From Chiloscyllium plagiosum (taxonomy: Eukaryota), in the NCBI RefSeq assembly GCF_004010195.1, contig NC_057742.1:3235084-3299083 (forward strand): 64,000 bases of DNA, written 5' to 3'. The translations under genes and the position numbers were made by a program. Positions 1-12,165 of this stretch are shown piece by piece; the first letter of the stretch is position 1; the number at the start of each line of letters is the position of its first letter. The notes under the pieces are model-generated. The model made no database searches. It was not told the DNA's origin and was given only the letters and a program-made list of their open reading frames with translations.

Positions 1-303
1 GAGAATCTTTTTCCACGTATGGGGTCAGCTATTACAAGGGGGCATAGCTTTAAATTAAGGGGGGGTAGTTATAGGACAGATGTTAGGGGTAGGTTCTTTA
101 CTCAGCGAGTCGTGAGTTCATGGAGTGCCCTGCCAGTAGCAGTGGTGGACTCTCCCTCATTATGGGCATTTAAGCGGGCATTGGATAGGCATATGGAGGA
201 TAGTGGGCTAGTGTAGGTTAGGTGGGCTTGGATCGGTGCAACATCGAGGGCCGAAGGGCCTGTACTGCGCTGTATTCTTCTATGTTCTATGTTCTATGTT
301 CTA
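1..303 (+). mobile_element. CR1-clade (HER1-like) LINE 3' end: ORF2 C-terminal fragment, 3' UTR and (TATGTTC)n tail
   Basis: ORF 19..216 peptide RGHSFKLRGG...RGRFFTQRVVSSWSALP...FKRALDRHM matches the typical CR1 ORF2 C-terminus. It is followed by the GGGCCGAAGGGCCTGT motif and a short tandem-repeat tail TTCTATGTTCTATGTTCTATGTTCTA (~278-303). Confidence 0.88.
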
Positions 304-3300
304 ATTGTTAAAATATAATATTTTGAAGACTCGGGTAATATATTAACATTGCCAATACAAATGTTCAGACACATTTGCTCACTTGAATTGCTGCCTCAAA
401 TGCACAATTTTCAATGTGTGGTGTATGTTTAACCGAGGCAGTGATTCAGGCAGTGTCTGTCATTGGCTTGATCCCATAGTAATCAGTGACATGTTAAACC
501 CCACTATAAGGGTCTCACATTCTTTATTCTGTAATTAACCTCTTTGGTGACATCATTAGTGCAGTATTACCAGGAAATCATCTGCTGTATATTACTGGGA
601 AATTCTAAACCCCCTATATATTATAACGGACTACATGATATTGTAATAAATATTAGTCCCATTACTTAAGAAAGGTCGTGACATTAATTTCTCAGAAACC
701 TAAATGGTAATCAAGAATTAGATTGCATTCAGCAAATATAATTTCTAGCTCATTATCGAGAATCATCGTTTGTCGAACAAAAAGATTTATTTTTTTGGTG
801 TTGGTGCTAGATTTTTGCCTTACTGGTAAAACCCAGTGAAGTGAAGTGAGTTAATCGCTGTTAGCTTTCAAATCTTCGCTTACAAGTGCCTGATGTGATT
901 TTAATAGTGTGTGCACACGTCCAGGGCGCACATCTCCAGATATACTGCGGATGACATCTGTTTTCCTTCAAATAGGTTATACTGAGCCCAGGAATTGACA
1001 CAGTGATAACCTTTTAACACAACGCGTCCACAAAAGGGTTGGGTTGTATTTTCACTGCGAAAATAAAAAAGCTAATGTGAATAGATTGGAAACTGGAGTC
1101 AAAATTGAGACAAACACAAAGAATAGTCACATCCTGAGACTCCAGTTTCGTTAAAAAAAATTGAAATGTGTGTATTTTTTTAATGCAACGTAGACATTTC
1201 GTTAGTTCTTTGCCCCTGCATTCGCTGGGTCTGTTGTCCAAATAAAAATACTTATTGATTAAAAGTTTAAGATTTATATTTTCATTACGCTTTGATTTTT
1301 TTCGATGTACGTCCTCAGGCGACAAAGGTCGAGTCTGAATGGACCCCATCAGGTTTGTCACAAACTTTATTCGTGAACTTACACTTCTAAACAATTATAC
1401 AGGTTTTTTCGATACCGTTTCTCCTCGATATTAACAATAATTCATTTCCTGTATGTGCTATCTATATTTTCTGTAATTTCGCTGAGAACTGTTGATGCAA
1501 AACCGATGCCATTACTTGTAGATCTACCTCTTGGTCCCAGCCCCTGTTGGGTTTATCAACTTGGACGTGGTCTGGAGGTTTGAGGAAATCAAAGTGAAAT
1601 ATTGTGTTCCAGTATCCAATATGGGCCCTTCATAGGATGTCGCATTTTGACATGGTTACCTATTCTATATCATTCGATTTTTAGCTGTAGTTGCTCAGTG
1701 ATGCCTAATACTCACGTGTTCTAAAATTATTCAAATATTAGTGAAGTAAGTAGATATGTAAGGGTAAGTGACTAAACCGCGTACTGTAGAGAAACTTGAG
1801 CTGTAGTTGTAGCTATCATTTTCCCGGGGAACACATAGAGGCGGGAAAAAGCATCTGCAATTTAGGCAGATAACTAATAATTTTAATTTATAGATTGGAT
1901 GCATAAATAATTAAGTAAATAATGTATAATGATTGATATTCCAAAATATCTATGGATAGAAAGGAATTCTATCCATTATCTTGTTTTCTGCAGTTACACC
2001 TATTCGGGGATTGTACACCAGGGTGACACCTACTTGTTTACAGATGCGCTTGTAAACAACATCATGTAAACATTCCGTCTTAATACTCAGTGGTGACGGT
2101 TTGGCGAATTCTTAATGAAGGCGAATAAAATTGGCTAAAAAGATCAAATAATTGGGACAGGCAGTGGCTGCTCCAGTACAGAGGAAAAATCAGAGTTAGA
2201 TCACTTTCTGCTTACAAGCGAGAAATTAGTTTCTAACGGGAACATCAGGAGAAATGCTACGTGTTTTAAATTTGTGACGATACGCCTGATTGTAGAGAAT
2301 CTGGGAATTCTCAAACGCGGTCATCAGGGCCAATGGTAGCGGTAGTATTGGACAAATCTCACTGGACCTGTCAATGATGATTAAATAGTACAGGTTGAAT
2401 TTTCACGTGGATCGTGAAGTGGAGGTCACGAGTAAAGCGCGGCTGGTTGTACACAGGATGCATTGGTTGCGGAATGCGCATCCATTCGGGCTGAAATATT
2501 GCTTTCTTGTTGAAAACAGTCGAGAATACTGACAGTGGAAAGGAACCAAATTAAAATCATCGCTCAGCTGCGTAGTTATAGCAGATTTTGGATCTTATCA
2601 CTGTCCAGAATCTCTTACTCATAATAACATTGGAACAGGAAGACCTAAAACATCAAATACGAACCAAAGTCTCTTTTAACATTTCACAATTTTAAGACTG
2701 GTTTAATATGATTTTGGCTGTTGCTTAAATGGTTAAGTTATGATTCCGCTGGGATGAGAACTGTGGTGTGTGCAATAAGACTGTATTTCGGAACAAACTA
2801 TTTCAATGTTGAAACTCAGGTGAACTTGTTAACTAATAGAAATTCAATTCTCTTGTGTGTTCACACCTCCAGAAAATGTGCCCTGTTATAAAGTTAAGGT
2901 TCTGAAGTTCGATTGAAAACGAATAAAAGTTTCAAGATTGTCACTGGGAATATTTATACCTGAGGGAACTCCCTCATGTTCCAATATAATTGCACAACCT
3001 TTGCTTATTTATTTGCAAAACAATCATCTCATTGTTGATAGAATGTAAATACCGCGCCCAGACACCCACATGAATTAATTATTGGATTAAACTTCTTTTT
3101 TCTCCAGTTCCACTGTTTTTGTATTCATTTTACGTTGCACCCTGTGTTCCTATTAAAATCTATTCACCTTCTTCTCACTTCTCGTTTCCAAATAAATCAA
3201 GCAATGATTTGACGTTTAATTTCCGGCCTTGAAAAGATCTTTTTGATGAGGAAACTGAGTGAAGTTTGTGTGTATTTATATATAAAATATTAAACTTTAC

Positions 3301-3454
3301 CTCTGCCGAGACCACCTGCGAGTTCAGTTATTCTGAGATTGTGATTTGTTTACCGCACACTTCTGGGTAAATGCCCTTTTTATTCATGGTCCAGCATTTA
3401 ACACCCATCCATTTTCCGTGGGTTTGGAGTCACAGGTAGATCTGACCGCTTAAG

Positions 3455-4045
3455 GATAAGAACATAAGACGCAGGAGCGGAAATAGGCCGTTCAGCCCAT
3501 CGAGTCTGCTCCATCAATGAAATCATGACTGATCTGATAATCCCCAACTTCACTTTCCTGCCCTTTCCCGATAACTCTTGATTACTGTACTTATTATAAA
3601 TCTGTCCACCTCAGCCTTGAACATGTTTAATGCCCCAGCGTCAATTGCCCTCCGTGGTAAAGAATGCCACAGGTTTACTACCCTCAGAGAGAAGAGCTTC
3701 TTTCTCATCTCTGTTTTAAAATGGGGGATCTTTATTCTGAGAGTATCCCTCTGGTCTTAGGCACTCCCGCAAAGGGAAACACCCTGTCAACTACACTAAG
3801 AATTTTCTATTTTCGATAAAGTTACCGCTCATTATTCTAAATTCAGATGAGTACAGGCCCAGCCGACTCAACCTCTCCTCCTACAACAATCCCTCCATAT
3901 ATAGCATCAGCCCAGTGAATCTTCTCTGGACTATCTCCTCTGCTAGAATATTTTACCTTCCATGAACGGCCCCAAACTATTCGCAATATTCCAGCTGTGG
4001 TCCTACTTAGTGTCATAGAGAAATTCAGCAAAGCCTCTTCCTCTT
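3455..4045 (-). mobile_element. Degenerate 5'-truncated CR1-like LINE fragment
   Basis: Plus strand begins TAAGAACATAAGA...AATAGGCCGTTCAGCCCATCGAGTCTGCTCC...ATCATGACTGATCT, the reverse of a CR1 3' tail and UTR. It continues into the antisense of ORF2 C-terminal sequence (CCCTCAGAGAGAAGAGCTTCTTTCTCATCTCTGTTTTAAA). Boundaries are approximate. Confidence 0.78.
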
Positions 4046-4069
4046 GCACTTGATAGCTTTCCTTTATTT

Positions 4070-4185
4070 AAAAAAAATCCAGATTTGTATCAAATTCAAA
4101 TTTCACCATCTGCCATGGCGGAATCGAACAGCTGTTGTATGTGTTTGACCACTGCCGTGATATTGCCACTGCACCTCTACCGTCC
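4070..4185 (-). mobile_element. tRNA-derived SINE 5' fragment (SacSINE1/DeuSINE-like)
   Basis: Minus strand reads GGTGCAGTGGCAATATCAC (A-box-like)...GTTCGATTCC (B-box) GCCATGGCAGATGGTGAAATTTGAATT, which resembles shark SINE heads from memory. Confidence 0.6.
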
Positions 4186-4339
4186 CAACTTATTTCGGTG
4201 ATGTATTTAGTTATAAACAAGCATATAGATAGAAATGTATTGATAAATCTCCGTTCATGATACGCAGTTCTTTCCCGTATTATATAGCTGGGATTAGTCT
4301 GTGACATATTAAGTAGGGACACATATTTTAAGTAAAAGA

Positions 4340-4582
4340 CAGGAGGTTTAGAGAAGACTTGGAGAAATATCGCCCAGGGGTTAGTGTGGGTCTGGAATGC
4401 ACTATCTGGGGCGGTGGATATGAGGCGGGAAACCTCACAACCTATGAAAAAGTACTTGGATAAGATCTTGAAGTGTCATTAACATTCAAGGCTATGAGAT
4501 TACTGCTGAAAGTGGGGGCTAGTGTAGGTAACAGTGTATTTTGACAGTACAGACCCGATGGGCTGAAAAGTGTCTTCTGAAC
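4340..4582 (+). mobile_element. Degenerate CR1-like LINE 3' fragment
   Basis: Contains the GTCTGGAATGCACT (W-N-A-L) motif, then AAGTACTTGGATAAG (K-Y-L-D-K), and the terminal GATGGGCTGAA motif. Confidence 0.7.
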
Positions 4583-4591
4583 TTTAGTCCA

Positions 4592-4682
4592 AGTTAAAAA
4601 TCACGCAATACCAGGTTATAGTGCAACAGGTTTACTTGGAAGCACTAGCTTTCAGAGCGCCGCTCCTCTATCAGATGGTTGT
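4592..4682 (-). mobile_element. Penelope-like element terminal fragment with degenerate hammerhead motif
   Basis: Minus strand CTGATAG-AG-GAGC-GGC-GCTC-T-GAAA-GCTA followed by AAACCTGTTGCACTATAACCTGGT; resembles a common shark PLE terminal repeat. Confidence 0.6.
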
Positions 4683-5722
4683 GTATTAAAGTCCACCAAC
4701 ATTTTGGGAGATCCGTTTTGTCGAATTGGTTCAGCATAAGATTATGAAAATGTATTGACTACTTCAACTGTTGGGAGGATACGATTAAATGGAAACAAAT
4801 TCACTAAAATAATGATCCCGAAGATTTTTTAAATCATTAGCAGCCTTTTGTGCTGTAGGTGTCTGTGTGGACATTAGAACCTTATCCATAAGATCCAGCG
4901 CGAACTTAAGCCAATAAAATGCATGAATAAAACGGAAAAGGACTTAGAGTATGTTATTTGTATCGGCTGCTTAAGAAAAACATAAATATAACATAATAAC
5001 TCGAGTTATGGATTTTTTCAGGCATTATGAACTCCCTGTTCTCACAGTTTAGTTATGGAATATGACATTCGGGATAGATTATGGAACTCAAGATTTGCAA
5101 CAAATCTGTGGACTGTTACTTTCAAGATATTCTCGTGAGATATGTGAATGTGGGTGGACATAGTTTTCGGTTTATTACAGAATGTGGTGGTGGTGGGGGG
5201 AGGGGGGAGTGACTCATTGCAATGAAATTCCAGGTCCACAGAAAATTGAAAGGTTCTGAGAATTTTTTGCGCTCTCCCTACTCCTTGACAGAGACGGTAG
5301 GTGACCTTGGATCTCCACCACCAGGAGTTTATGCGGCTCTGTTTCCCAGGCAGTTGTCACTCCCTGGGAACTCCCTGGGCCGTGTATCATAATCACTGCG
5401 ATCAACTTGAAACGGACGGTGCAACAAAATGGATTTCAATGTCCAAGGTGCCCTATCAATTCCTGGAGATGTGTTTAACAAGTGTATGCACTCACTTAAA
5501 CTTATAACACAGATATGCAATGGTCCAACCAATTCTTTAAACATACCCTCACCGTCCATCTAGTTAGATTATGTTGAATCACTTCAACCAATGAAAAAGA
5601 ACAGAAATATGAATCTATCTTTCCATCACTTTATATAGTGGTATATTTCTCGGTTAAGCGGCAGCTCACCAGAATAGGCGATGTATGTATCTACTTAATT
5701 GCCATTCAACATTTATAGAATC

Positions 5723-5906
5723 AAGCAGAGAAAATGTTGGAGGAACTCAGCAGGTCTGGCAGCATCTCTTGAGAGAAAAAACAGTTAACGTTTCGAGTCC
5801 AGACTCTTCTTCAGAATGCAGATTCGAAGATGTTGATAGACCTGCTGAGTTTCTCCATCATTCTCTGTATTTGTTTCAGATTTCCAGCACACGTAGTATT
5901 TTGCTT
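5723..5906. mobile_element. Palindromic Penelope-type repeat with hammerhead core on the minus strand
   Basis: 14-bp perfect inverted repeat (AACTCAGCAGGTCT 5744-5757 / AGACCTGCTGAGTT 5838-5851). Minus strand 5814-5787 reads CTGAAGA-A-GAGTC-TG-GACTC-GAAA-CGTT. Same family as 20360-20540. Confidence 0.7.
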
Positions 5907-6424
5907 ATATCTAAACATTTCTTGAAAATTCCTGGGTTTGACGTTTGGAAGAAAAAAATATACAGTTTACTGATGTGTGTCCAGCTCATTGGCGATTTGT
6001 TGCTTTGGTCGGGAGTGTAATGAGGCTTCCTTCTGTTGGCGCGTGTTTGTTTTGCAAGTTTATATGTTTACGAGAACAACGGCGTTGGGAGCAACCGGAC
6101 ACTCTGTCAGAGATGTTAACTGGATGGTCTCCTCAGACAAGGAGCTGACACGTTGCATCCATAAAAACATAGTTCGTGACAACGTGTGCAAGGGCCACGG
6201 ATTTGGTTCGCAAATTTCTGATGTAACATAGATTGGACCTAAGATGAATTAATTCACAAAAGGATAGCGATATAAAAAGGCATCTGATAGAAAATAAAAG
6301 GAAATCAATTAATGAATTAGTTCCACTCTACACTGTTAGGACCTGAACAAATATATGTGTGCGAATGCAAGACGTCTTTATACAAATTGTAATGTGCGAA
6401 GAAACTCGCCTGCAGCATAAACAC

Positions 6425-6715
6425 CAGCAGGGACCAGTTGGGCCGAATGGCTTGCATGTAAAACACGATATGAACAGTGATCGGCCACTCGGTCCACCAT
6501 ACCCATGCTGGTATTTATGATGTATAGGGCATCTTCCAACCCCAATCAATCTCAGTTTATCAACATGTCCAGCTATTCCTTCAATCTTGGTGCTTACAGG
6601 TATTTTCCCGATCAGGATGTAATTACACACACACACACACACCTCTGCTCACCTCTGGAGCAGGATGGACTTGAACCCTCAAAGGTAGGGTCCCGACGAG
6701 AGACCCTGGGTTCCA
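6425..6715. repeat. Mixed decayed LINE-tail/SINE fragments with an (AC)9 microsatellite at 6625-6642
   Basis: GGGCCGAATGG CR1-tail motif near 6440. (AC)9 is seen directly. GGACTTGAACCC (reverse tRNA B-box) lies near 6667-6678. Confidence 0.45.
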
Positions 6716-8436
6716 TTGTATTTATATCTAGTTCCCCTTAGATTCATTTACCCAACTTGCCTCAAGTATTCTGTTTGTCGGGGAGTTTCACACTATCAAT
6801 TGTGATATTTCCAAAATCCCCGACTGGATTTATTTTTGTGAATTTAATGGGGTCTCATGCTTGGAAACATGCTTGTGCTGCACCTATGCAATTTTACACT
6901 ATATAGACGCGCCTATGTGTGTAACATAATAGTTTTAAACATGCTATCTATCCACAGTTTATATACCTCAATGGATAGATTGACAGCAAAATCGTTTAAA
7001 TATCTTACTAACACTCTCCTGAACCAAAATAAGCACACATTAAATGAGCTTTTTAAAAAGTATCTCCTGTAATTCTCAAAGCTACCTTAATGCATTCTCC
7101 CCTTTGTGCCTTGATGCCATTTACTGAGCAATAAAGAAGTTCCTTTCTATCTTTCAAAGAAAATAATCAATCTGTTATGAGTGGATTACTCGGAGTTTTC
7201 TATAAGAATGGGATAGTGTGTCTTAAATACGACACCAAGCAAAAGTTTAGTTTGGATTTTGCTTCAATTAATGAACGGAAACTTTTAACTTTGTTTTCAC
7301 CCGAATTTAGTTTCCGAGTTTAACTGTTGATAGAGGCGGGGAGGCTTGAATTCGCCTCCGTTGTCAGATGCTTCCGGAATTTAACAAAAATCCACTCAGC
7401 CTAATTTTAGCGGTTATACTCTTGCCCAAAAAAGGAATTAAATAATTCCGTCAGAATTTGCGACGTGGCTTAACTTTTTCATGTATCCTGTATAGGAATT
7501 GTATTGGTGCTTCTGTTTCGTTTAACAAAGAAAATAGTCATCGTTTGTGATAAATAATGTTTAAATTCCAGTTGCTGCATTTTCCACAGCAATTTCCTTG
7601 CTCCTCCTGTTTTTCCTAACGTAATGAATAAGAATTTATAGCTGTAATAATACATTGCTGGAGCAGTTCATCGCCGCTGTGTTATTACCGTAACGTCTTG
7701 TTTCCTTGATAGATGAGAACTAAGCTTTTGTGACCCCGGTACAAAAAAAATAAGCCAAATGAGAACATTCATTAATGCAATAAAGATTCATCTGAGGCCG
7801 ACTTTGCCACGAATATTTTAGCGCCGTGGTGTTGAGTAATATCAAATATTGATGGATTTTGATATAATATGGTAGGTAACGTTTAAATAATTAAACTGAT
7901 TGCGCCACACATAAAAGGGCGAAATTATTCGAAATATGGCAAGTAAAGCATTGGAAACTTCAAGAATTAGCTTCCAATCTTCCCTTATTTGCAAAGTGTT
8001 TGTTTTTGGACCCTAGTGATCAAACCCGTTCACATCAAATGAGCGATCTGTTTGTATACATTATCAGATTTTTAAAAAGGTATCTTTTTGTTAGGATTGT
8101 AATATCCCATCTCCACATCAAGAGCTCGCGACAGGCGTGGCCAACGTCATCCATAAACTATCATTAACTATTCATTTATTCAGTGTAGATGCGACCTTTG
8201 ACCTTCCCAAATCTAAATGAGTTGTGATATATTCTCTATCTTGACACTTCTAAGTTTTACGAAATCATTTTAAGACAGTTTTGAGCAAGTCCTTTTATTT
8301 TTTGTTTTAAAACTGCATTGCCCTTGGACTACAGGGAGAGAAGAGTGAATGTCCCTTCTAGTCTAAAGTTGACCCTAAGCGAGGAGCTACGAACGCTTAA
8401 TCAACAGTGACCCAGACTGCTGAATTAATTTCGGCG

Positions 8437-8453
8437 TGAACTCTCCGTGAACC
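8437..8453 (-). promoter_or_regulatory. DR5 retinoic acid response element, 3' distal hoxb1 RARE
   Basis: Minus strand GGTTCA-CGGAG-AGTTCA, a perfect DR5 about 4.8 kb 3' of the hoxb1 stop. It has the same half-sites as the known Hoxb1/Hoxa1 3' DR5 elements. Confidence 0.85.
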
Positions 8454-8792
8454 GAAGACAAGTGAAGGAGAGCTGGTTTCTTGCGGCTGGCTCTGGGCAA
8501 ACCTTTCAGCCTGAGTAAATATTGAACGATTCCATCTGATGGTCGAAATGAAACGGCCCTGTCAGGCAAAAGTAAACTTAAAGAGGGTATACCACAAGGA
8601 GCTGAAAATTATATGGCCACGTCCTTATTGTTTTCGGTTCGGGTCAAATTCTCCCTCACCTGCCTGTTAAGTAAAGACACACGGAGGTGATCAGTAATTA
8701 AATGGAAAAGAGACAAGTGCTGACAAATGCGTCTCCCGATTCTCAATAACACTTTTCAATAAAACTAGAAGTAAAATAAAGCAAATAAGATC

Positions 8793-8896
8793 AAAGTATT
8801 TCGAAGTTGAGTCATTTAGACTCCCAACGTTAACTCTTGTTTCTCTCCATAGTTGCTGCCAGACCTGCTAAATTTCTCCAGAACTTTCTGTTTTTA
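8793..8896 (+). mobile_element. Decayed copy of the Penelope-type/hammerhead repeat
   Basis: GAGTC-ATTTA-GACTC stem, then CCAACGTTAACTCT...TTGCTGCCAGACCTGCTAAATTTCTCCAG, homologous to 5723-5906 and 20360-20540. The catalytic motifs are mutated. Confidence 0.6.
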
Positions 8897-11581
8897 TAAC
8901 ACTCTAAACTATCGTTTTTAACTGGGGATAGGAAAAAAAACCCAGCGTCCTTCACAAATGTAATAACTTGCATATATGCATATTACAACTTTAATTTCTG
9001 TAGTGTTTGAGACGATTGAAAGTTTTATAAGTCGCTATTCTGATCTGATTTGGTAAATGAACAATCTGATTTGTCTGTAGGCAAGTGTTTTAATGATCTG
9101 AGACACACATAGCCACAAAAGATCCTGATGAATGTTATCCATCCTGACAAAATGCTGTTTTTTTTTAATGTGCATTTGCCATAACTTTAGTTTTTCTGCC
9201 TTCAATGGAAGGGGGTGAAACAATTTGTTTGTTTACCTTAATCACCAACTTGCTATTTCCTGCACCTTAATCGCTTGAATTACTTGAAATGAAACACATA
9301 TGAGGGTAAGATAATAAAGAGCGTGGAATCATTTAGCCAACTGCTTTCGACGATTCTGAAATCAAGTTGCATACGCCGGTGGGAGGGACAGTCTCTTTGC
9401 TCTGCTTGATGCACTCTTAATCTCACTTCAATCACTTCTATGTGCGGTTTCTCTGACGCTGCACAGGTTGGAGTAAACAGGGCTGTTGTAGAGCCTTCCT
9501 CTCAAAACATGATGTAATGTTTTCAAGGAAACGATAATACGTTAAATAGATAGAAACGTGTCATTAGAAAATGAAGAAACAGAAATGTCATAGGCTTAAC
9601 GTCAGTGCAGAGGAGCTGAAACAGTACAAGATACGGAAACTTATGCCCCTTGCTGTCTGTTTAAAGCTGTTTGCATCTTCACTGTTTGTTTTTCGTTAAA
9701 CGCAAGAAGTATTTCATTTTAAAACGCGTGAAGTTGCAGCCAATTCAAGAGCGGACCTTGTGAGGGAGAAGAAACACGAATGACAAAGGACCGTTAAGAG
9801 TTCAAAGGGAACCGTCATAAATTTTATGAGTGCGGTTTCCTTTACATCAAAAGACATCACATAGTGAGGGTAAAAGCTCCCAAAAACACAAGTGCAATTA
9901 ACACAAAGTCGTCAGGAGCAGATGGCTATGGCCTTAGTGCTCAGTTAGTCACTTTGAAATTACTTTTTCTAAAAAGCATCCCCTACAGCCATCAAGCAGA
10001 AAAGGCGTTCGGACCTTGGCTTTTATTGATTTTCAGCTTTCTCGGGATGATTTGGGACTGAAGACGAGAGTCATTTCTTTATTTATGTATTTACTGGGAG
10101 GGGGGTGGGGGTGACGTGAGGGTTGGCACAGCTTTTGCTGAAGTCACTCACTCCGAATAGTTCTTTCATTCAATGCATATCAAAGGCAGGTTTGAGAGAA
10201 GTGTGACATGAGAAGTATGTGATTCGCAGCAGAGTTTGCATTTAGAAGGGTCAAAGGGGTGTGTGGTTGCCAGTGAAAATAAAATGTTGACCAAAGGAGC
10301 ACTGTACATAAAACACGGCTAAACAGTATTTATTGCTTTTTACAGTCGGTGAATTCCTTAGATGTTTTCAGTAACAATGCGCCAAACAACAAAAAAAAAA
10401 CTCGTTGCATGGAGGGACCGGGTGATTTGCAACGATTTTCTCTAACAATTCCCGATTTCCGTAGAAGGCTACACTTGTCTTTTGTTAGGCTCCACAACAC
10501 AAGACAGATCAGAAGGAGTCCTGGTTACATCATTGTTTGCCGCACATGTATTCAGTTGAAATGTATTGTGCGTCCATGAGGTTTCGTACAGTCTGCTGGT
10601 TTGGGTGAAGTTAGTTCTAATTTTTTAACACTCATTGCAATGGAATAAAAATGACTGAATAAGGGGAAAAATGTTTGCACTAAACAACTCTGTCCCAAAA
10701 GGCAAAATGACTTTTATCTCAGGAATTGTCAACCCCAGGCCCAGCAATATATTTTATCTCCTCTGCGTTTTTAAACACTGTTTGTTGAACTTCTCAAATT
10801 TAGCAGCCTTTTTCTTATAGTAAAGAGTTTACAACTAACGCGGGTCATGCCGCATCTGGTCGAACTTTTCATATACGGATTTCCTATTAAATAAGCTCCA
10901 ATTAAAGTGACGGCAGCGCCCGTATTCTTTTAATGAGAAATATTTAAATTGTTTTTTTACAGAAAAAAGAATGAAAACGTTTCAAGCGTAAAATGTCAGA
11001 GCATTTGTGACAAGAGTACGTCATGTGTGAGTGTACAGTTTTGTGTGTACGTGTGATATTATATATCTGATTGTTATTTCTGCACAAATGTGTACATGTG
11101 TAAATAACCGCGTATGGACATGTTTGGGATCATCTATGAATATGTGCAATTTGTAGAAAAACTGTCTTGTGTGCTCGAGTGTAGGAATGTCTGCGTGCGA
11201 GAGGGGGACTAAATCTCCCAATCAGCCTTGACGCTCACAATTGAATCACATCCGTAGTTTATATAGATCGCAGTCTGAATATTGAGCGGTCCGATTTAGT
11301 TCGCACTTCAGTTATTATTGCATTATGTTATATTCGATATCGGAATCTGGCTTTTCCAGTCACCAGTTTATTCGGGGCAGTGAGCGGTGCAGAGAAGTAT
11401 TTTACTTTGAACAAATGTCTCAAGGTTTATGTAGTTAGGTCCGCACTGCATGTCGAGCCACCAGTGGGTATATAAAATATACCTGCACATCTCACAAGTT
11501 AGAATTATCTGCCTGAGATGGACAATGGTGTCATCCTCAAGCGGCTTTGTTGACTTGTTTGTTAATCCCAGAGGCGTTTGG

Positions 11582-11595
11582 AGGTAAAAAGGTCA
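11582..11595 (+). promoter_or_regulatory. DR2 RARE, hoxb1 3' early neuroectoderm enhancer
   Basis: AGGTAA-AA-AGGTCA, 1.66 kb 3' of the hoxb1 stop. It matches the mouse/pufferfish Hoxb1 3' DR2 as I recall it. Confidence 0.85.
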
Positions 11596-12159
11596 CTGGT
11601 ACATCCGGAGTTTGCTCTTGCATTCCTCGCTTCGCCTATACATTTATTTTAAAGACGCAGCCGATGAGTGTTTGTTTAACATCATTCAGCAAGGAGATTC
11701 AACCTGAGAGTACTATTTCCTTTAAGATTTCGTCGTGGTTCATTCATTGAATTAAATCTTTTCTGAAATGATCCATGCTTGCACACACAGGGGTTGGTCT
11801 GTCCAGCTGCTTGTTTGTAATTGTATATCTTCAAGTTCTTGTACTTTGTTTGAAACAAGAGGAACTTCATGTGTTAAAATCCCACCATTCAGCTGACCTG
11901 GTTATGTGTATTGGTTTATTTATGGGCTGCCAGCAGATAGATTACTGGCTATGGATTGGAATATCTCATAGTGGTCAAAGTGCAATAACTACAGGAAATA
12001 AAACATAGGTCCAGATCATCATATTGTCATCGTTATTAAAGCTTGATCATAGACTTCCGCAGAAAGACGTCTTCTCATAATTTGTGTTGTCTTAAGAAAG
12101 AAAACTGAGAGAAATGGAAATAGTCGAGAAACAAATTGTGTTACAAGAAATAAATCGAA

Positions 12160-12165
12160 TTTATT
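12160..12165 (-). terminator. Candidate hoxb1 polyadenylation signal
   Basis: AATAAA on the minus strand about 1.09 kb after the stop, followed by a U-rich tract. Confidence 0.5.
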
